From the human T2T-CHM13v2.0 reference genome, Homo sapiens: a DNA stretch of 64,000 nt. Made by a program: the position numbers and the translations under genes. The notes beneath the pieces were generated by a model, which did not search any database, was not told the DNA's origin, and worked only from the letters and a program-made list of their open reading frames with translations. Numbering within the stretch: position 1 is the stretch's first letter; every line of letters starts with the position of its first letter. The stretch is from NCBI RefSeq assembly GCF_009914755.1, contig NC_060947.1. One strand, given 5' to 3'. Shown here in pieces: positions 1 through 62,575 of this stretch.

Positions 1-340
1 TGGGGCTGTTTTTCCATACAGAGTGCTGCACGTGGGACTTAGCCTTGGACACTAACTCCTTTGCCCCTCGTATCTGGGAGGGAACAACACAGTTGCTATG
101 CCTGACTAGGGCATGACCTGGGAGGCCTTTGGGGCCACACAGCCTCCTTGGGAAAGGAGGATCAGGTGGGCCTCACACCCAGGAATTGGAAGTGGGAGAG
201 ACAACAGCTGCTGGGTAGTGGGGGTAGAGCTGTGTCTCTCACTGCCCTGCCCCTCCAAGGACCAAGAAGAAAGGAATGAGCCCCGATCCGCCTGCCAGGT
301 ACCCACCCATGAGAACCCCTTCTCTGCCAGCATCTGATAA

Positions 341-952
<612 letters not shown>

Positions 953-1034
953 TAATCATTGCCGAGGCTCTGCCTGTACGAAGTGTGGTCCGGGGAGGGC
1001 TGATGAGGCTGCAGGATGAGGGGGCTTGACAGAC

Positions 1035-1310
1035 CCCTTTCCCCAGAAGAGGGCCCCCAAAAGGCATTGCCCCTGAAGAGGGCTCCCCAAGACCTCATCC
1101 CTGAAAAGGGACTCCCAGGGTCACCCCCCTGAAAAGGGCTCCTCAAAAGGCCCCCCGAACGGGGTCCCCCCAAGACTGCCCTCTGAAGGAGGCCCCCGAA
1201 GACTTCCCCCGTGAAGGTGCCCCCCAAGACCTGCCCCCTGGAAGAGGGCTCCCCAAGACCTCTCCCCCTAGAAGAGCCCCCTAAGACTTTTACCCTGGAA
1301 AAGGGCTCTC
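1035..1310. repeat. Degenerate 25-30 bp minisatellite (cccctgaagagggctccccaagac)
   Basis: About 9 imperfect copies. Confidence 0.75.
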
Positions 1311-1802
1311 TGCAAAGCTTCCCTGGACGTGCGCCTTCGAGCTGGGCAGGTAGGGAGGAGCTGTGTACTCGACATCATCCTTAGGATCTGTTGTCCTCCC
1401 GCTTCCCCTGCCCCGGCCCCCAGATGAATCCAGAGGCTGTTTTAGAGCCAGACGGACACTCCTGGTATGCACCAGACACTCATAGTGCAGTGCTCGCTGA
1501 GTAGAGGAGGAGTTAGTGGGTGAACCCGGCCCGCCAGGCTGCCCTGCACAGAATTCCAGCCTTGTCACCCCACTGGTTTTTAAATCATCACAATCCTCGG
1601 GATGTTCTGTGCATGCCACACACAGACTCTTAAGAGTCCAGAGGTCCTGTTTTTGCACAGTTACTCCAATGAATAAAAAGACGGGCTGGGCGTGGTGGCT
1701 CACGCCTGTCATCCGAGCACTTTGGGAGGCCGAGGCGGGGTGGATTGCCTGAAGTCAAGAGCTGAAGACCAGCCTGGCCAACATGGTGAAACCTCGTCTC
1801 TA

Positions 1803-1988
<186 letters not shown>

Positions 1989-3110
1989 CTAGCAGACACT
2001 GAAGGGAGAGGGAGAGGAACAAGCCCCAGGGACCCTTTATCCGACTTCCTTCCACCTGGGGGACTCCCTCCACGGGCCCTTGCTTTAAGGGCAAATGGCG
2101 AGGGCACCAGAACACAGGGAGGCCATGCCGGAGGTCCCTGCTGCAACCATGCGGCCCCCCAGCTCACTCCCAGCAGCCAAGACGAAGGGGGGCCTGGGCT
2201 CCCCCTAGGGCAGGCGCCTCTGATTCTCTCCACCGAGAGGCACCTCCCATGCCGGCCTCTTCCTGGGGTGACTCCCAGAACCTTCTTGGACCCATGAACA
2301 TTTCAATCTGGGGTGGGGCCTTCCCTGGGCATCCAAGTGGTGGGAATCTGTCCCTAGCCCCTAGAACTCCTGGAGGGCTGGGCCCACCTCTGTCTGCATC
2401 CCGTCCCCATTCCCCGCCCCGGGTGGCAGGGGCTGGAGAGGAAGGAGCTTCAGGCTTGAAAACCATCAAAGCAGGTTTCTTCCGAGATGGCCAGTGGTCA
2501 CCTGAGATGGAGCAGAGAGCACCTGTGGCGGGCATCTTCTCTAGAAGCCGCCTGTGAGCCCTACGGAGGCCCTGGGCTTCGTGCCGTAAGACAGACGGTG
2601 TCCTGCAGGTACGTGGGGGAACCCTGTAGGCAGGGACTTTGCCTGCTTTCTCAGAACAGGACAGAGGAGTTTGGCTGGGGCAGCCCGAGGTGACCGGGAT
2701 GCTGTCGCCCCAGCTCTGGGCCAGGCTGATGTGGGAAGGGAGGAAGGAGGGACAGTTACGGGCCAGGCTGACGTGGGAAGGGAGGGAGGAGGGAGGTAGG
2801 AGGGACAGAGGCCTGGCTGCTCTGCAGGGCTGGGCTCCGTGGCATCTCCTGGTGGCTGTCAGGTCCTGCCTGGCCCCACGCTGAGGCCAGTGTGATGGAG
2901 GGGCCTGGAAGCCTCATCCTTCTTGATTGCCACGCGGTGAGGGCCACAGGCATGCGCCACCGCACTGGACTCCCCCTTTCATCATCAAAGCCAAATTTTC
3001 TTCTTGTTTCATCTAGGCCTCCCATGGAGACACCATGTGTGATTGTAAAAAAAAAAAAAAAATGAGTCAGGCCGGGCACGGTGGCTCACGCCTGCAATGC
3101 CAGCACTTTA

Positions 3111-3512
<402 letters not shown>

Positions 3513-3674
3513 TCAGGAGGCTGAGACAGGATAACTACTTGATCCCGGGAGGTGGAGGTTGTAGTGAGCCAAGATCGTGCCATTGCACTCCAGCCTGGGC
3601 AACAGAGTGAGATTCTGTCTCAAAAAAGAAAAAAACAGACCAAAAAAAAAACGGAGTCTGTCCAGAATTATACA

Positions 3675-4015
3675 CAGTCACCTGTGCCAGGTAACAACCC
3701 TTCAGTCAACAACGGCCTTCCTAGACAGCGGAGGTCCCAGGAGATGGTAATACAGTAGTTTTCGTGTGCCTTTATTTGTAGACACACAAATCCCTACCAT
3801 TGTATTACAGCAGCCTGCAGCACTGGGCACACTCACCTGCTGTCCAGGTTTGTAGCCCGGGAGCCTGGGGCCCTGCCGCACAGCCCAGGTGAGTAGCAGG
3901 CTGTATGTGCCACGGCGGTATGTGTGAGTGCACCCCGTGATGGGCACACAAAGAGAATTGCCTAAGGATGCATTTCCCGAAACAGGTCCCTGTCATTCAG
4001 TGACACACGTGACTG
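3675..4015. mobile_element. Tigger3/MER7-like DNA transposon fossil
   Basis: CAGTCA...TGACTG termini; internal acacaaat..taccattgtattaca and caggtttgtagcc match the recalled consensus. Confidence 0.7.
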
Positions 4016-4167
4016 TGTGTGTGTGTGTGTGTGCGCACAGATGGGTGTGTATGTGTATGTATACACACCTGAACACTCACACCTCTACACACGTGCCTGT
4101 ACACGGATAGAACACATAATTTACAGAATTTATGGAACACATAATTTATATTACATAAAATATATAG

Positions 4168-4311
<144 letters not shown>

Positions 4312-4629
4312 TAGCTGGGATTATAGGCTCCTGCCACTATGCCCGGCTAGTGTTTGTATTTTGTGTAGAGACAGGATTTCACTCTGTTGGCCAGGCTGGT
4401 CTCGAATTCCTGACCACAGGTGATCCGCCCACCTCAGCCTCCCAAAGTGCTGGGATGACAGGCGTGAGCCACTGCACCCAGCCTATTTCAGCTGTTTTCT
4501 TAAAGCACAAAGCAACCTACACATTCTTTTGTGATACCAGGCCACTGTAAGGGTGGAGCAGCATGTGACTTTGGTGTTATTGAGATCATCCGTGACCATT
4601 GCAGAAAACCACTCCCATCTGTGCAGTGA

Positions 4630-5190
4630 GCACCTTGAAATAGGCCGCCCAGGAGGCAGAGGGTGCACCTTGAAATTGGGCTAGGAGGCGGAGCTTGCAC
4701 CTTGAAATAGGCCGCCCGGGAGGCGGGGCTTGCACCTTGAAATAGGCCGCCCAGAAGGCGGGGTTGCACCTTGAAATAGGCCACCCAGGAGGCGGGGCTT
4801 GCCCCTTGAAATAGGCCGCCCAGGAGGCGGGGTTGCACCTTGAAATAGGCTGCCTGGGAGGCAGAGCTCGCACCTTGATATAGGCCGCCCAGGAGGCAGG
4901 GCTTGCCCCTTGAAATAGGCCGCCCGGGAGGTGGGGTTGCACCTTGAAACAGGCCGCCTGGGAGGCGGAGCTTGCACCTTGTAATAGGCCGCCCGGGAGG
5001 CGGGGCTTGCACCTTGAAATAGGCCTAGAAGGTGGGGCTTCCACCTTGAAATAGGCCGCCCAGGAGGCGGAGTTTGCACCTTGAAATAGACTGCCCAGGA
5101 GGCGGAGGTTGCAGTGAGCCGAGATTGCATTATTGTACTCCAGTCTGGGTAAGAAGAGCTAAACTCCAGAGTCTGTCTCAGAAAAAGGAA
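4630..5190 (+). repeat. About 34 bp minisatellite (14 copies) ending in an Alu right-arm fragment
   Basis: Unit ccttgaaataggccgccc[ag]ggaggcggggcttgca; the last unit runs into gtgagccgagattgc. Confidence 0.92.
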
Positions 5191-5979
5191 AACAGCTGAA
5201 ATATAGGAGACTGACGCCCAGCCCAGGAACAGGTAAGCTGGGTGCACGCGCCGTGAAAACAGCACCTAGGCCTGCTCCGGTTCTCGCTTTGCAGATGCCT
5301 CCTGAACCTCAGTGCCTCCTAAGGTCAAGGCTGTGAGTTAAAGGGCTCCACCCCAGCCCAGCCCCAGGTTGGCCCAGCCATTCCCTGGTGGAGGGGCCAG
5401 GGAGGAAAGGGGGCTGTGTGGGCACCAGAGGGTGAACTGAGGTCTGAGGGTCGGGACACAGGCCGGGAACAGCAGCTGGGAGCGGAGCACGGGGGAAACG
5501 TGGATGCGCTGAGCTCCCTACAACCGCAGTGAGCATGTGCCCAGGAGGGCCTCACGGGGTGGGTGTGAGTCTGGCCTGCCTGGGCTCGGGGTGGGGGGTG
5601 TTTACAGACGCATTTCAGCCCCGCAGCAGGGGCTGGGGAGGTCCCGCTCGTGACAGTCTCTGCACCAAGGCAGGAGAGATGGAAGCCGCCCAGAGAACTG
5701 CCACTCCATAGCCTGTGGGCATCCAGGGGTGAGCGGCAGCGATGGCGTCCCATGGAGGAAACACACTGGAAATCGTGCAGAAGATGGGAAGATGCAGGCT
5801 GGAGTGCGGAGAAGGACTGAGACCCTGCCTGGTAGACGGCACCGTCACAGCAGCCGTCTGCCTGCTAGGAGGTAGGAGAAAGCCCTGTCCCCACCGCCCT
5901 CCCCGGGAGTCCCCACTGGCTACTCTGGAAGGCTGCTGGTTCCCAGAACATCCGTGGGCTGAACAGTTATTCCTGGCTG

Positions 5980-6680
5980 TCCCTCCGTCCCCTCCTCCCC
6001 GAATGCAGCCTCCATCTCCTCCTCTAAAAATGCAGCCTCCATCCCCTCCTCCCCCAATTCAGCCTCCGTCCCCTCCTCCCTGAATGCAGCCTCCTTCCCC
6101 CCTCCCAAAATTCAGCCTCTGTCCCCACTCCCCAAATACAGCCTCTTTCCCTTCCTCCCCCAATACAGCTTCCTTCCCAAAAGCAGCCTCCTTTCCCTCC
6201 TCCTCCCCAAATGCAGCCTCCTTCCCCCTCCCAAAATGCAGCCTCTGTCCCCACTCCCCAAATGCAGCCTCCTTCCCCTCCTCCCCAAATGCAGCCTCTT
6301 TCTCCTCGCTCCTCCCAAATGCAGCCTCCTTCCCCTCCTCCCCAAATGCAGCCTCTGTCCCCCTCCCCAAATGCCACCTCCTTCCCCCCTCCCCAAATGC
6401 AGCCTCTTCCCCTCCTCCCCGAATGCAGCCTCCTTCCCCTCCTCCCCGAATGCAGCCTCCTTCCCCTCCTCCCCGAATGCAGCCTCCATCCTCTCCTCCC
6501 CGAATGCAGCCTCCTGTCCTCCCCAAATGCAGCCTCTGTCCCCCCCTCCCCAAATGCCGTCTCCTTCCCCTCCTCCCCAAATGCAGCCTCTGTCTCCTCC
6601 TTCCCAAAAGCAGCCTCCTTCCCCCACTCCCCAAATGCAGCCTCTGTCTCCTCCTCCCTAAATGCAGCCGTCTCCCTCAT
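5980..6680. repeat. About 26 bp C-rich minisatellite (aatgcagcctccttcccctcctcccc) just past the ASMTL poly(A) site
   Basis: About 26 copies visible. Confidence 0.95.
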
Positions 6681-6721
6681 CAAAACCCCTATGGAGGAGG
6701 CAGAGACAGGCTTTTGCTTTC

Positions 6722-6727
6722 TTTATT
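6722..6727 (-). terminator. ASMTL polyadenylation signal AATAAA
   Basis: tttatt on + strand, about 110 nt downstream of the stop codon. Confidence 0.85.
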
Positions 6728-6836
6728 CAGTCACGACTACACGCTCCTATGTGACTGTCCTATGGTACTTGGGGACCGGGCGGTCCACCTGCAGCCTGGG
6801 GGAGGACATCCCTATAATGAACATGCTGCCTGGGCT

Positions 6837-54748
<47,912 letters not shown>

Positions 54749-55647
54749 GGCGTCCACGCCGGGAGCCGGGCGTCCGCACTTCTGAGCCCGGAGCCCGCGG
54801 TGCGCGCAGCGCGGCTGCAAAAAAAACAGGCGGCCAGAGTCCCGCCTCCGCGAGGCCACGCCCCCGCCCGCCTCCGCGAGGCCACGCCCAGTCCGCGCCT
54901 TCAGTGGCCTCCCCGCGAGACCGCGCCCAGGCCACGCCTCCATTGAACACTCCGTCAGGCCTCGCCCAGGCCACACCTCCATTGCCCTCTCCACCAGGCC
55001 ACGCCCATGTCACGCCCCATTGATCTCCCCTGAGACCACGCCCAGACCACGCCTCCATTGCCCTCTCCGTCAGGCCACGCCCAGGCCACACCTCCATTGC
55101 CCTCTCCGCCAGGCCACGCCCATGTCACGCCGCTATTGACCGCTCCGCCAGGCCACGCCCAGGCCACACCTCCTTGCCCCTCTCCGCCAGGCCACGCCCA
55201 TGCCACGCCGCCATTGAGCTCCCCGTGAGGCCACGCCCAGGCCACACCCCCGCCCGCCTCCCCCCCGGGCACCGCCCCGGCCGCTTGGTGAAGCACCGCC
55301 CCCAGCTCCGCCTCCCGGGCCCCGTCCCCGCCCCCGGCGCTCGCCCCGCCCCTCCCCACCCCGCCTGCGGCGCCAAGACCTGCAATGGCGCAGGCAGCTG
55401 CGGGGTCCCGGGGAGGAAAGGCTGGCGTGGATACTTGGGGTTCCTTGCAGGCGCGGCGTGGGGAGTGGAAATGCTGGGTTTCCGCAGCTGCGGTTGTGGG
55501 CAGTTGTGGGGGTGGGGGGTTCTTACCCGCACGTGGAGGGGCCCGGCGCAGAGATGGGGGTCTTGTGGGAGCCGCGTCGGGGAAGGTAGAGATAGGGGGT
55601 TCCCCGCGGACCCGGTGCGAGTGGCGTGGGGATGGGGATGTCCTCGT

Positions 55648-56110
55648 GCCTGGTGGGAGGGGAGTGGAGATGGGGGTGTCCACGGGCCTGGTGGGAGGGG
55701 CGTGGAGATGGGGGTGTCCACGGGCCTGGTGGGAGGGGCGTGGAGATGGGGGTGTCCACGGGCCTGGTGGGAGGGGCGTGGAGATGGGGGTGTCCACGGG
55801 CCTGGTGGGAGGGGCGTGGAGATGGGGGTGTCCACGGGCCTGGTGGGAGGGGCGTGGAGATGGGGGTGTCCACGGGCCTGGTGGGAGGGGCGTGGAGATG
55901 GGGATCCCCGCGGGGATGGTGGGAGGGGTTTGGAGATGAGGGTCCCCGCGAGAATGTTCGGAGGGTTATGGATATGGGGGTCCCCGCGGGCCGGGTGGGA
56001 AGGGCGGGGAGATGGGTGGGGGGGGGGGTCCCCGCGTGCCTGGTGGGAGGGGCGTGGAGAAGGTGGGGGTCCTTGTGGGAGGGGCGTGGACACTGGGGAT
56101 CCGCGCGGGC
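55648..56110. repeat. 38 bp VNTR (cacgggcctggtgggaggggcgtggagatgggggtgtc), five perfect copies plus partial and degenerate flanking units
   Basis: Units start at 55681, 55719, 55757, 55795, 55833 and 55871. Confidence 0.95.
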
Positions 56111-56751
56111 GTGGTGATGGGCGCGGCGTGGGGACCCCCTGGGGGCGCGGTGCTGGGGGCGCAGGGATGGGACCAGGGCGGGCGCTGTGAGGTGGGGGAC
56201 GCCCGGCTGTGCCTTCCCTCCCTAAACGGAGCCCACCTCCAGGGCAGCGGGTCCCTTGCGCGCCGCAGGCTGCAGGGGGCGCGCGTGAGCTGTGCGAGGA
56301 TTTTTCTTAAACCCCAGAGCCCAGCCGCACCTGCTCCACATAAACCCAGCGTGGCGTGGAGACTCCGGGCACTGTTTCCCCAGCCTTTGTGACTCAAAAG
56401 ATTTTAAAATAAAATGTCAAAAATAATATACCCAGAGCCTATGCCAGTGATGTGTAGATGCAGAAAATGGAATCCTACAGTTAATTTTGTTAACTGTGGA
56501 ATGACATCCGAGGGTGTCCAACACATTACGGAGAAAACGAAAAACTGTAGTCAGAGAAGTCACAGAAGAGCCAAATAAAAGAGAGGAAAAAAGCATCTAA
56601 ACCATGTGATGTCTGATTTTCAATATTGTGAGTTTTTGAAAAAAAATTTTAAAAAGCACATAGATTCACATTTCAGAATTTTGGAGAAGTAACTTTCTTC
56701 GTTTTGAAGCGATAGAAGGAATCATAAGTTTATAAACTGTACTGCATATAA

Positions 56752-56935
<184 letters not shown>

Positions 56936-57249
56936 TAGCTAGGATTACAGGCACCTGCCATCACATCGAGCTAATTTTTGTACTTTTAATAGAGATGGGG
57001 TTTCGCTGTGTTGGCCAGGCTGGTCTCGAAGTCCTGACCTCAGGTGATCCACCCGACTCAGCCTCCCAAAGTGCTGGGATTACAGGTGTGAGCCACCGGG
57101 CCCAGCTGCGGGTGAGATATTAAACATAAAGAAAAATAGCAAAGGAAATTACAGTAATTCTCTATAGAAGATGAAGTGAAGGCTGCCTCTTCCTACACGG
57201 GTACAGGCAAAGCTGGAGGGTTTAGTGACCTACAGTGGGGGTTGCTGGT

Positions 57250-57990
57250 AACTGTCACTCAAAACCCTGGGGCTTAAAACAGCAAAACTTAATTGTATTA
57301 CAGCTCTGGAGCCCAGACATCTGAAATCAAGGAATAGGCAGGGCCACGCTCCCTCCGAAGGCTCTAGGGGAGGGTCCTTCCTGCCTCTCCCGCTCCTGGG
57401 GGCTCCAGGCATCCCTGGGCTTGTGGCCGCATCACTCTAGTCTCTGCCTCCGTCTCTACGTGGGTTTCTCTGTGTCTGTGTCTCCTCTTCTGTCTCTTAC
57501 AAGGACACCTGTCATTGTGTTTAGGGCCCGTCCTTCTCCAGGATGATCTCATCTCCAGATTGTTAATCATATCTGCAAAGATCCTTTTTCCAAATGAGGT
57601 CCCATTCCCAGGCTCTGGGGCTTAGGACATGGACATATGGTTTGGAGCTCACCATCTAAACCATTGCAATTGTGTTTGCTTCCTTCTGGAGGCTCTAGGG
57701 GAGGGTGCTTCCTGCCTCTTCCAGCTCCTGGGGGCTCCAGGCATCCCTGGGCTTGTGGCCGCATCACTGCAGTCTCTGCCTCCATCTCCACGTGGCCTTC
57801 TCCTCTGTGTCTGTGTCTCCTCTTCTGTCTCTTACAAGGACACCTGTCATTGGACTTAGGGTCCACCTTAATCCAGCATGATATCTTGAAATCATGAACT
57901 AATTGCACATGTGAGGACCCTATTTCCAAATAAGGTGCCATTCACCAGGTGGACGTATCTATGGGGAGGCACGAATCAACTCAGTCCCCC
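57250..57990 (-). mobile_element. MLT1(C)-like MaLR LTR, two tandem copies
   Basis: Reverse complement of the 15175-15900 core. Confidence 0.75.
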
Positions 57991-58211
57991 ATACCAGCAT
58001 TCCAGAAGGAGTGCTAACCAGAGATGGGGTCCAGCAGCCTTTAACATGCCTGTATTTATCCCTATAAGTTCTCCATTACGGCCACATCATTGAAACCCCA
58101 GCAGGCAGAGGTTTAACTGCTCTGGAGCCCTGACTACTGCAGCCTCCTCCTGCTCTCAATGTGCCCTTCCGTGACTTTCAGATTTTTCTTTGCTTTTTTT
58201 TTTTTTTTTAG

Positions 58212-58759
<548 letters not shown>

Positions 58760-58829
58760 TGATCTACCCACCTCGGCCTCCCAAAGTACTGGGATTACAG
58801 GTGTGAGCCACCGTGCCCGACCAATGCCT

Positions 58830-59130
58830 GTCGTTAATAAGCAACCCAGTCTATGGTATTCTGTGATAGCAGCCTGCAATGGACTAAGACATCTGATAAG
58901 AAGAGGAGAAGAGGAGCTGAAGACACAGACACACATGGAGGGACGACCCTGTGAGGACACAGGGAGAAGACAGCGTCTCCAAGCCCAGGAGAGAGGCCTC
59001 AGGAGGAGCCAGCCTTGCCCACACCTTGACCTCAGACCTCCAGCCTCCAGGACTGTGGAAGAATCGATGTCTGTTGTCTAAGCTGTACAGCGTACAGGAC
59101 TTTGCTATGGCAACCCCAGCAAACTCATAC
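58830..59130 (+). mobile_element. MLT1A/B-like repeat unit
   Basis: Reverse complement of the 39 kb unit, including its junction (cagcctg.aatggactaagacatct.ataagaagaggaga). Confidence 0.75.
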
Positions 59131-59249
59131 ACCCCGTCCCACCAGGCTGGGCTTCCATCCTTAATGTTCTGTTTTGCATTGAGCCAGCATTGCATGGTTG
59201 GAGGTTCAAAGATTCTCAAATGTGTGCATGTGTGTGGGTTTTGTGTAAT

Positions 59250-59480
59250 TCAGTTGCCAGCAACTGAGGAGATCCTACCGTCCAGGAGACACCTGGCAAT
59301 GTCTGAAGATATTTTTGGCCATCACGTCTGGAGGTGTGCGTGCAGTGCAGGGGTGCTGCTCCCATCTGGTGGGTGGAGCCCAGGGTCTCTGCTCAGCACC
59401 GTACAGTGCCCAGGATGGCCCCACCACAGAGAGTCCTCCAGCCCCAAATGTCAGCTGTGCTGAGGTGGGGGAACCCTGAG
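59250..59480. mobile_element. MER20 (hAT-Charlie) fossil
   Basis: ggagacacctggcaatgtctgaagatatttttgg...ccccaaatgtca..tgtgctgagg...gaaccctg. Confidence 0.8.
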
Positions 59481-59496
59481 TCAGCATGAGAGGGTT

Positions 59497-60490
59497 TGTC
59501 TATCATCTATCTATGTATCCATGTTATCCATCATTTATCCAGCTATTCATCTGTCATGTATCCATCTATCTTGTCTATGTATCTATCACTCTTCCATCTA
59601 TTTAGCCATAATATCTATGTATCTCTCTATCCATCTATGTATGTATGTATGTATCTATCTATCCATCTATGTATGTATGTATGTATGTATCTATCATCTA
59701 TCTATCCATCTATGTATGTATGTATCTATCATCTATCAATCTATGTATCTATCCATCTGTCTATGTATGTATGTATCTGTCAATCTATCATCTATGTATC
59801 TATCCCTCTATGTATGTATGTATGTGTCTATCATCTATCAATCTATGTATCTATCCATCTGTCTATGTATGTATGTATCTGTCAAACTATCATCTATGTA
59901 TCTATCCCTCTATGTATGTATGTATGTGTCTGTCTATCATCTATCAATCTATGTATCTATCCATCTGTCTATGTATGTATGTATCTGTCAATCTATCATC
60001 TATGTATCTATCCCTCTATGTATGTATGTATGTATCTGTCTATCATCTGTCTATCCATCTATCTATGTATGTATCTGTCTATCATCTATCAATCTATCTA
60101 TCCATCTATGTATGTATCTGTCTATCATCTATCAATCTATCTATCCATCTATCTATCTATGTATGTGTCTGTCTATCATCTATCTATCCGTCTATGTATG
60201 TATCTGTCTACCTATCATCTATCTATCCATCTATGTATGTATCTATCATCTATCTATCCACCTATCTATGTATGCATCTATCTATCTATCCATCTATCTA
60301 TGTATGTATGTATCTATCTATCCATCTATGTATGTATGTATCTATCATCTATCTATGTATCCATCTATGTATGTATGTATATCTATCATCTATCTATCTA
60401 TCCATCTATGTGTGTATGTATCTGTCTATCATCTATCCATGTATCTATCCATCTGTATGTTTGTATGTATCTGTCTATCATCTATCTATA

Positions 60491-60526
<36 letters not shown>

Positions 60527-61221
60527 CATCTATGTATCTATCATTTGTCTATCATCTATCAATCTATCCATCTATGCATCTATCATTTGTCTATCATCTA
60601 TCAATCTATCCATCTATGTATCTATGTATTATCATTTATCTATCATTCATCTGTCTATCTATCATTTATCAATCTATCATCTATGTATCTATCATCTATC
60701 ATTAGATATATCATCTATCAATCTACCCATCTATCATCTATCTTTCTATCTATTCTACCTACCTATCATCTATCTATTGTATCTACCTACCTATCTCATC
60801 TATCATTTATCCCCTCCTTATGTTGTCTATGTATTTATTATCCATCTGTGTATCCGTTATCTACCTATCATCTATCTAGCTATCATCTATTATCTATCTA
60901 TCCATCCATTCTGTTTATCTATGTATCCATCTATCATCTGTATAACTATCCATCTATTATCTATCTATCATCTATCTATCTATCTTCTATCCATCTACCC
61001 ATCTTTCTATCTTTCCATCATCAATCTATTATCTATCTATCTTCTATCCATCTATCTTTCCATCATCAATCTGTTATCCATCTATCCATTTATCCATCAT
61101 CTATATATTAATTTATCATCTATCAATCTATCATCTACCTATCATCCATCTATCTATCTATGTATGTATCTATCATCTATCTATGTAGCTATCCATCTAT
61201 CTATGTATGTAGGTATCTATC

Positions 61222-61255
<34 letters not shown>

Positions 61256-62459
61256 GTATCTATCATCTATCTATGTATCCATCTATGTATGTATGTATAT
61301 ATCTGCCTATCTATCACCTACCTATGTATCTATCCATCTATCTATGTATGGATGTATCTGTCTATCATCTATCTATGTATGTATCTATCATCTGTCTATC
61401 TAGCCATCTATGTATGTATGTGTCTGTCTATCATCTATTTGTCTATGTAAGTATCTATCTGTCATCTATCTATCCATCTGTGTATATATGTATGTATCTG
61501 TCTATCATCTATCTATCTATCCATCTATCTATGTATGTATGTATCTATCATCTATCTATCCACCTATGCATGTATCTATCATCTATCTATCCATCTATCT
61601 ATGTATCTATGTATCTATCATCTATCTATCCATCTATCTATGTATGTGTCTATCATCTATCTATCCATCTATCTATGTATGTATCTGTCTATCTATCGTC
61701 TATGTATCCATCTATGTATGTATGTATCTATCACCTATGTATCCATCTATGTATGTATCTATCATCTATGTATGTATGTATGTATGTGTCTATCATCTAT
61801 GTATGTATCTATCCATCTGTATGTATGTATGTATGTGTCTATCATCTATCTATATATCTATCTATCCATCTATGTATCTATGTATCTATCATTTGTATGT
61901 CTATCATCTATCAATCTATCCATCTATGTATTTAGTATTATCATTTATCTATCATTCATCTGTCTATCATCTGTCAGTCTATCATCTATGTATCTATCAT
62001 CTATCATTAGATATATCATCTATCAATCTACCCATTTATCATCTATCTATTCTACCTACCTATCATCTATCTATTTATCTACCTATCTATCTCATCTATC
62101 ATTTATCCCCTCCTTATGTTGTCTATGTATGTATTATCCATCTGTGTATCCATTATCTACCGATCATCTATCTAGCTATCATCTGTTATCTATCCATCCA
62201 TTCTGTTTATCTATGTATCCATCTATCTATCATCTGTATAACTATCCATCTATCATCTGTCTATCATCTATCTATCTATCTATCATCTTCTATCCATCTA
62301 CCCAACTTTCTATCTTTCCATCATCAATCTATTATCTATCTATCTTCTATCCATCTATCTATCCATCTGTCTATCTTTCCATCATCAATCTGTTATCCAT
62401 CTATCTATCCATCTATCCATCATCTATATATTCATCTATCCATCTATCATCTATCATTC

Positions 62460-62495
<36 letters not shown>

Positions 62496-62575
62496 CTTAT
62501 CACCCATTTATCAATCTATCATCTATCTACCCGTGTATGTACCTATCTATCCATCTATCATGTATCCATTTGTCT
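59497..62575. repeat. 3 kb (TCTA/TGTA/TCA)n array with an internal duplication offset by about 1.3 kb
   Basis: atcccctccttatgttgtctatg occurs at about 60829 and 62106. Confidence 0.95.
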
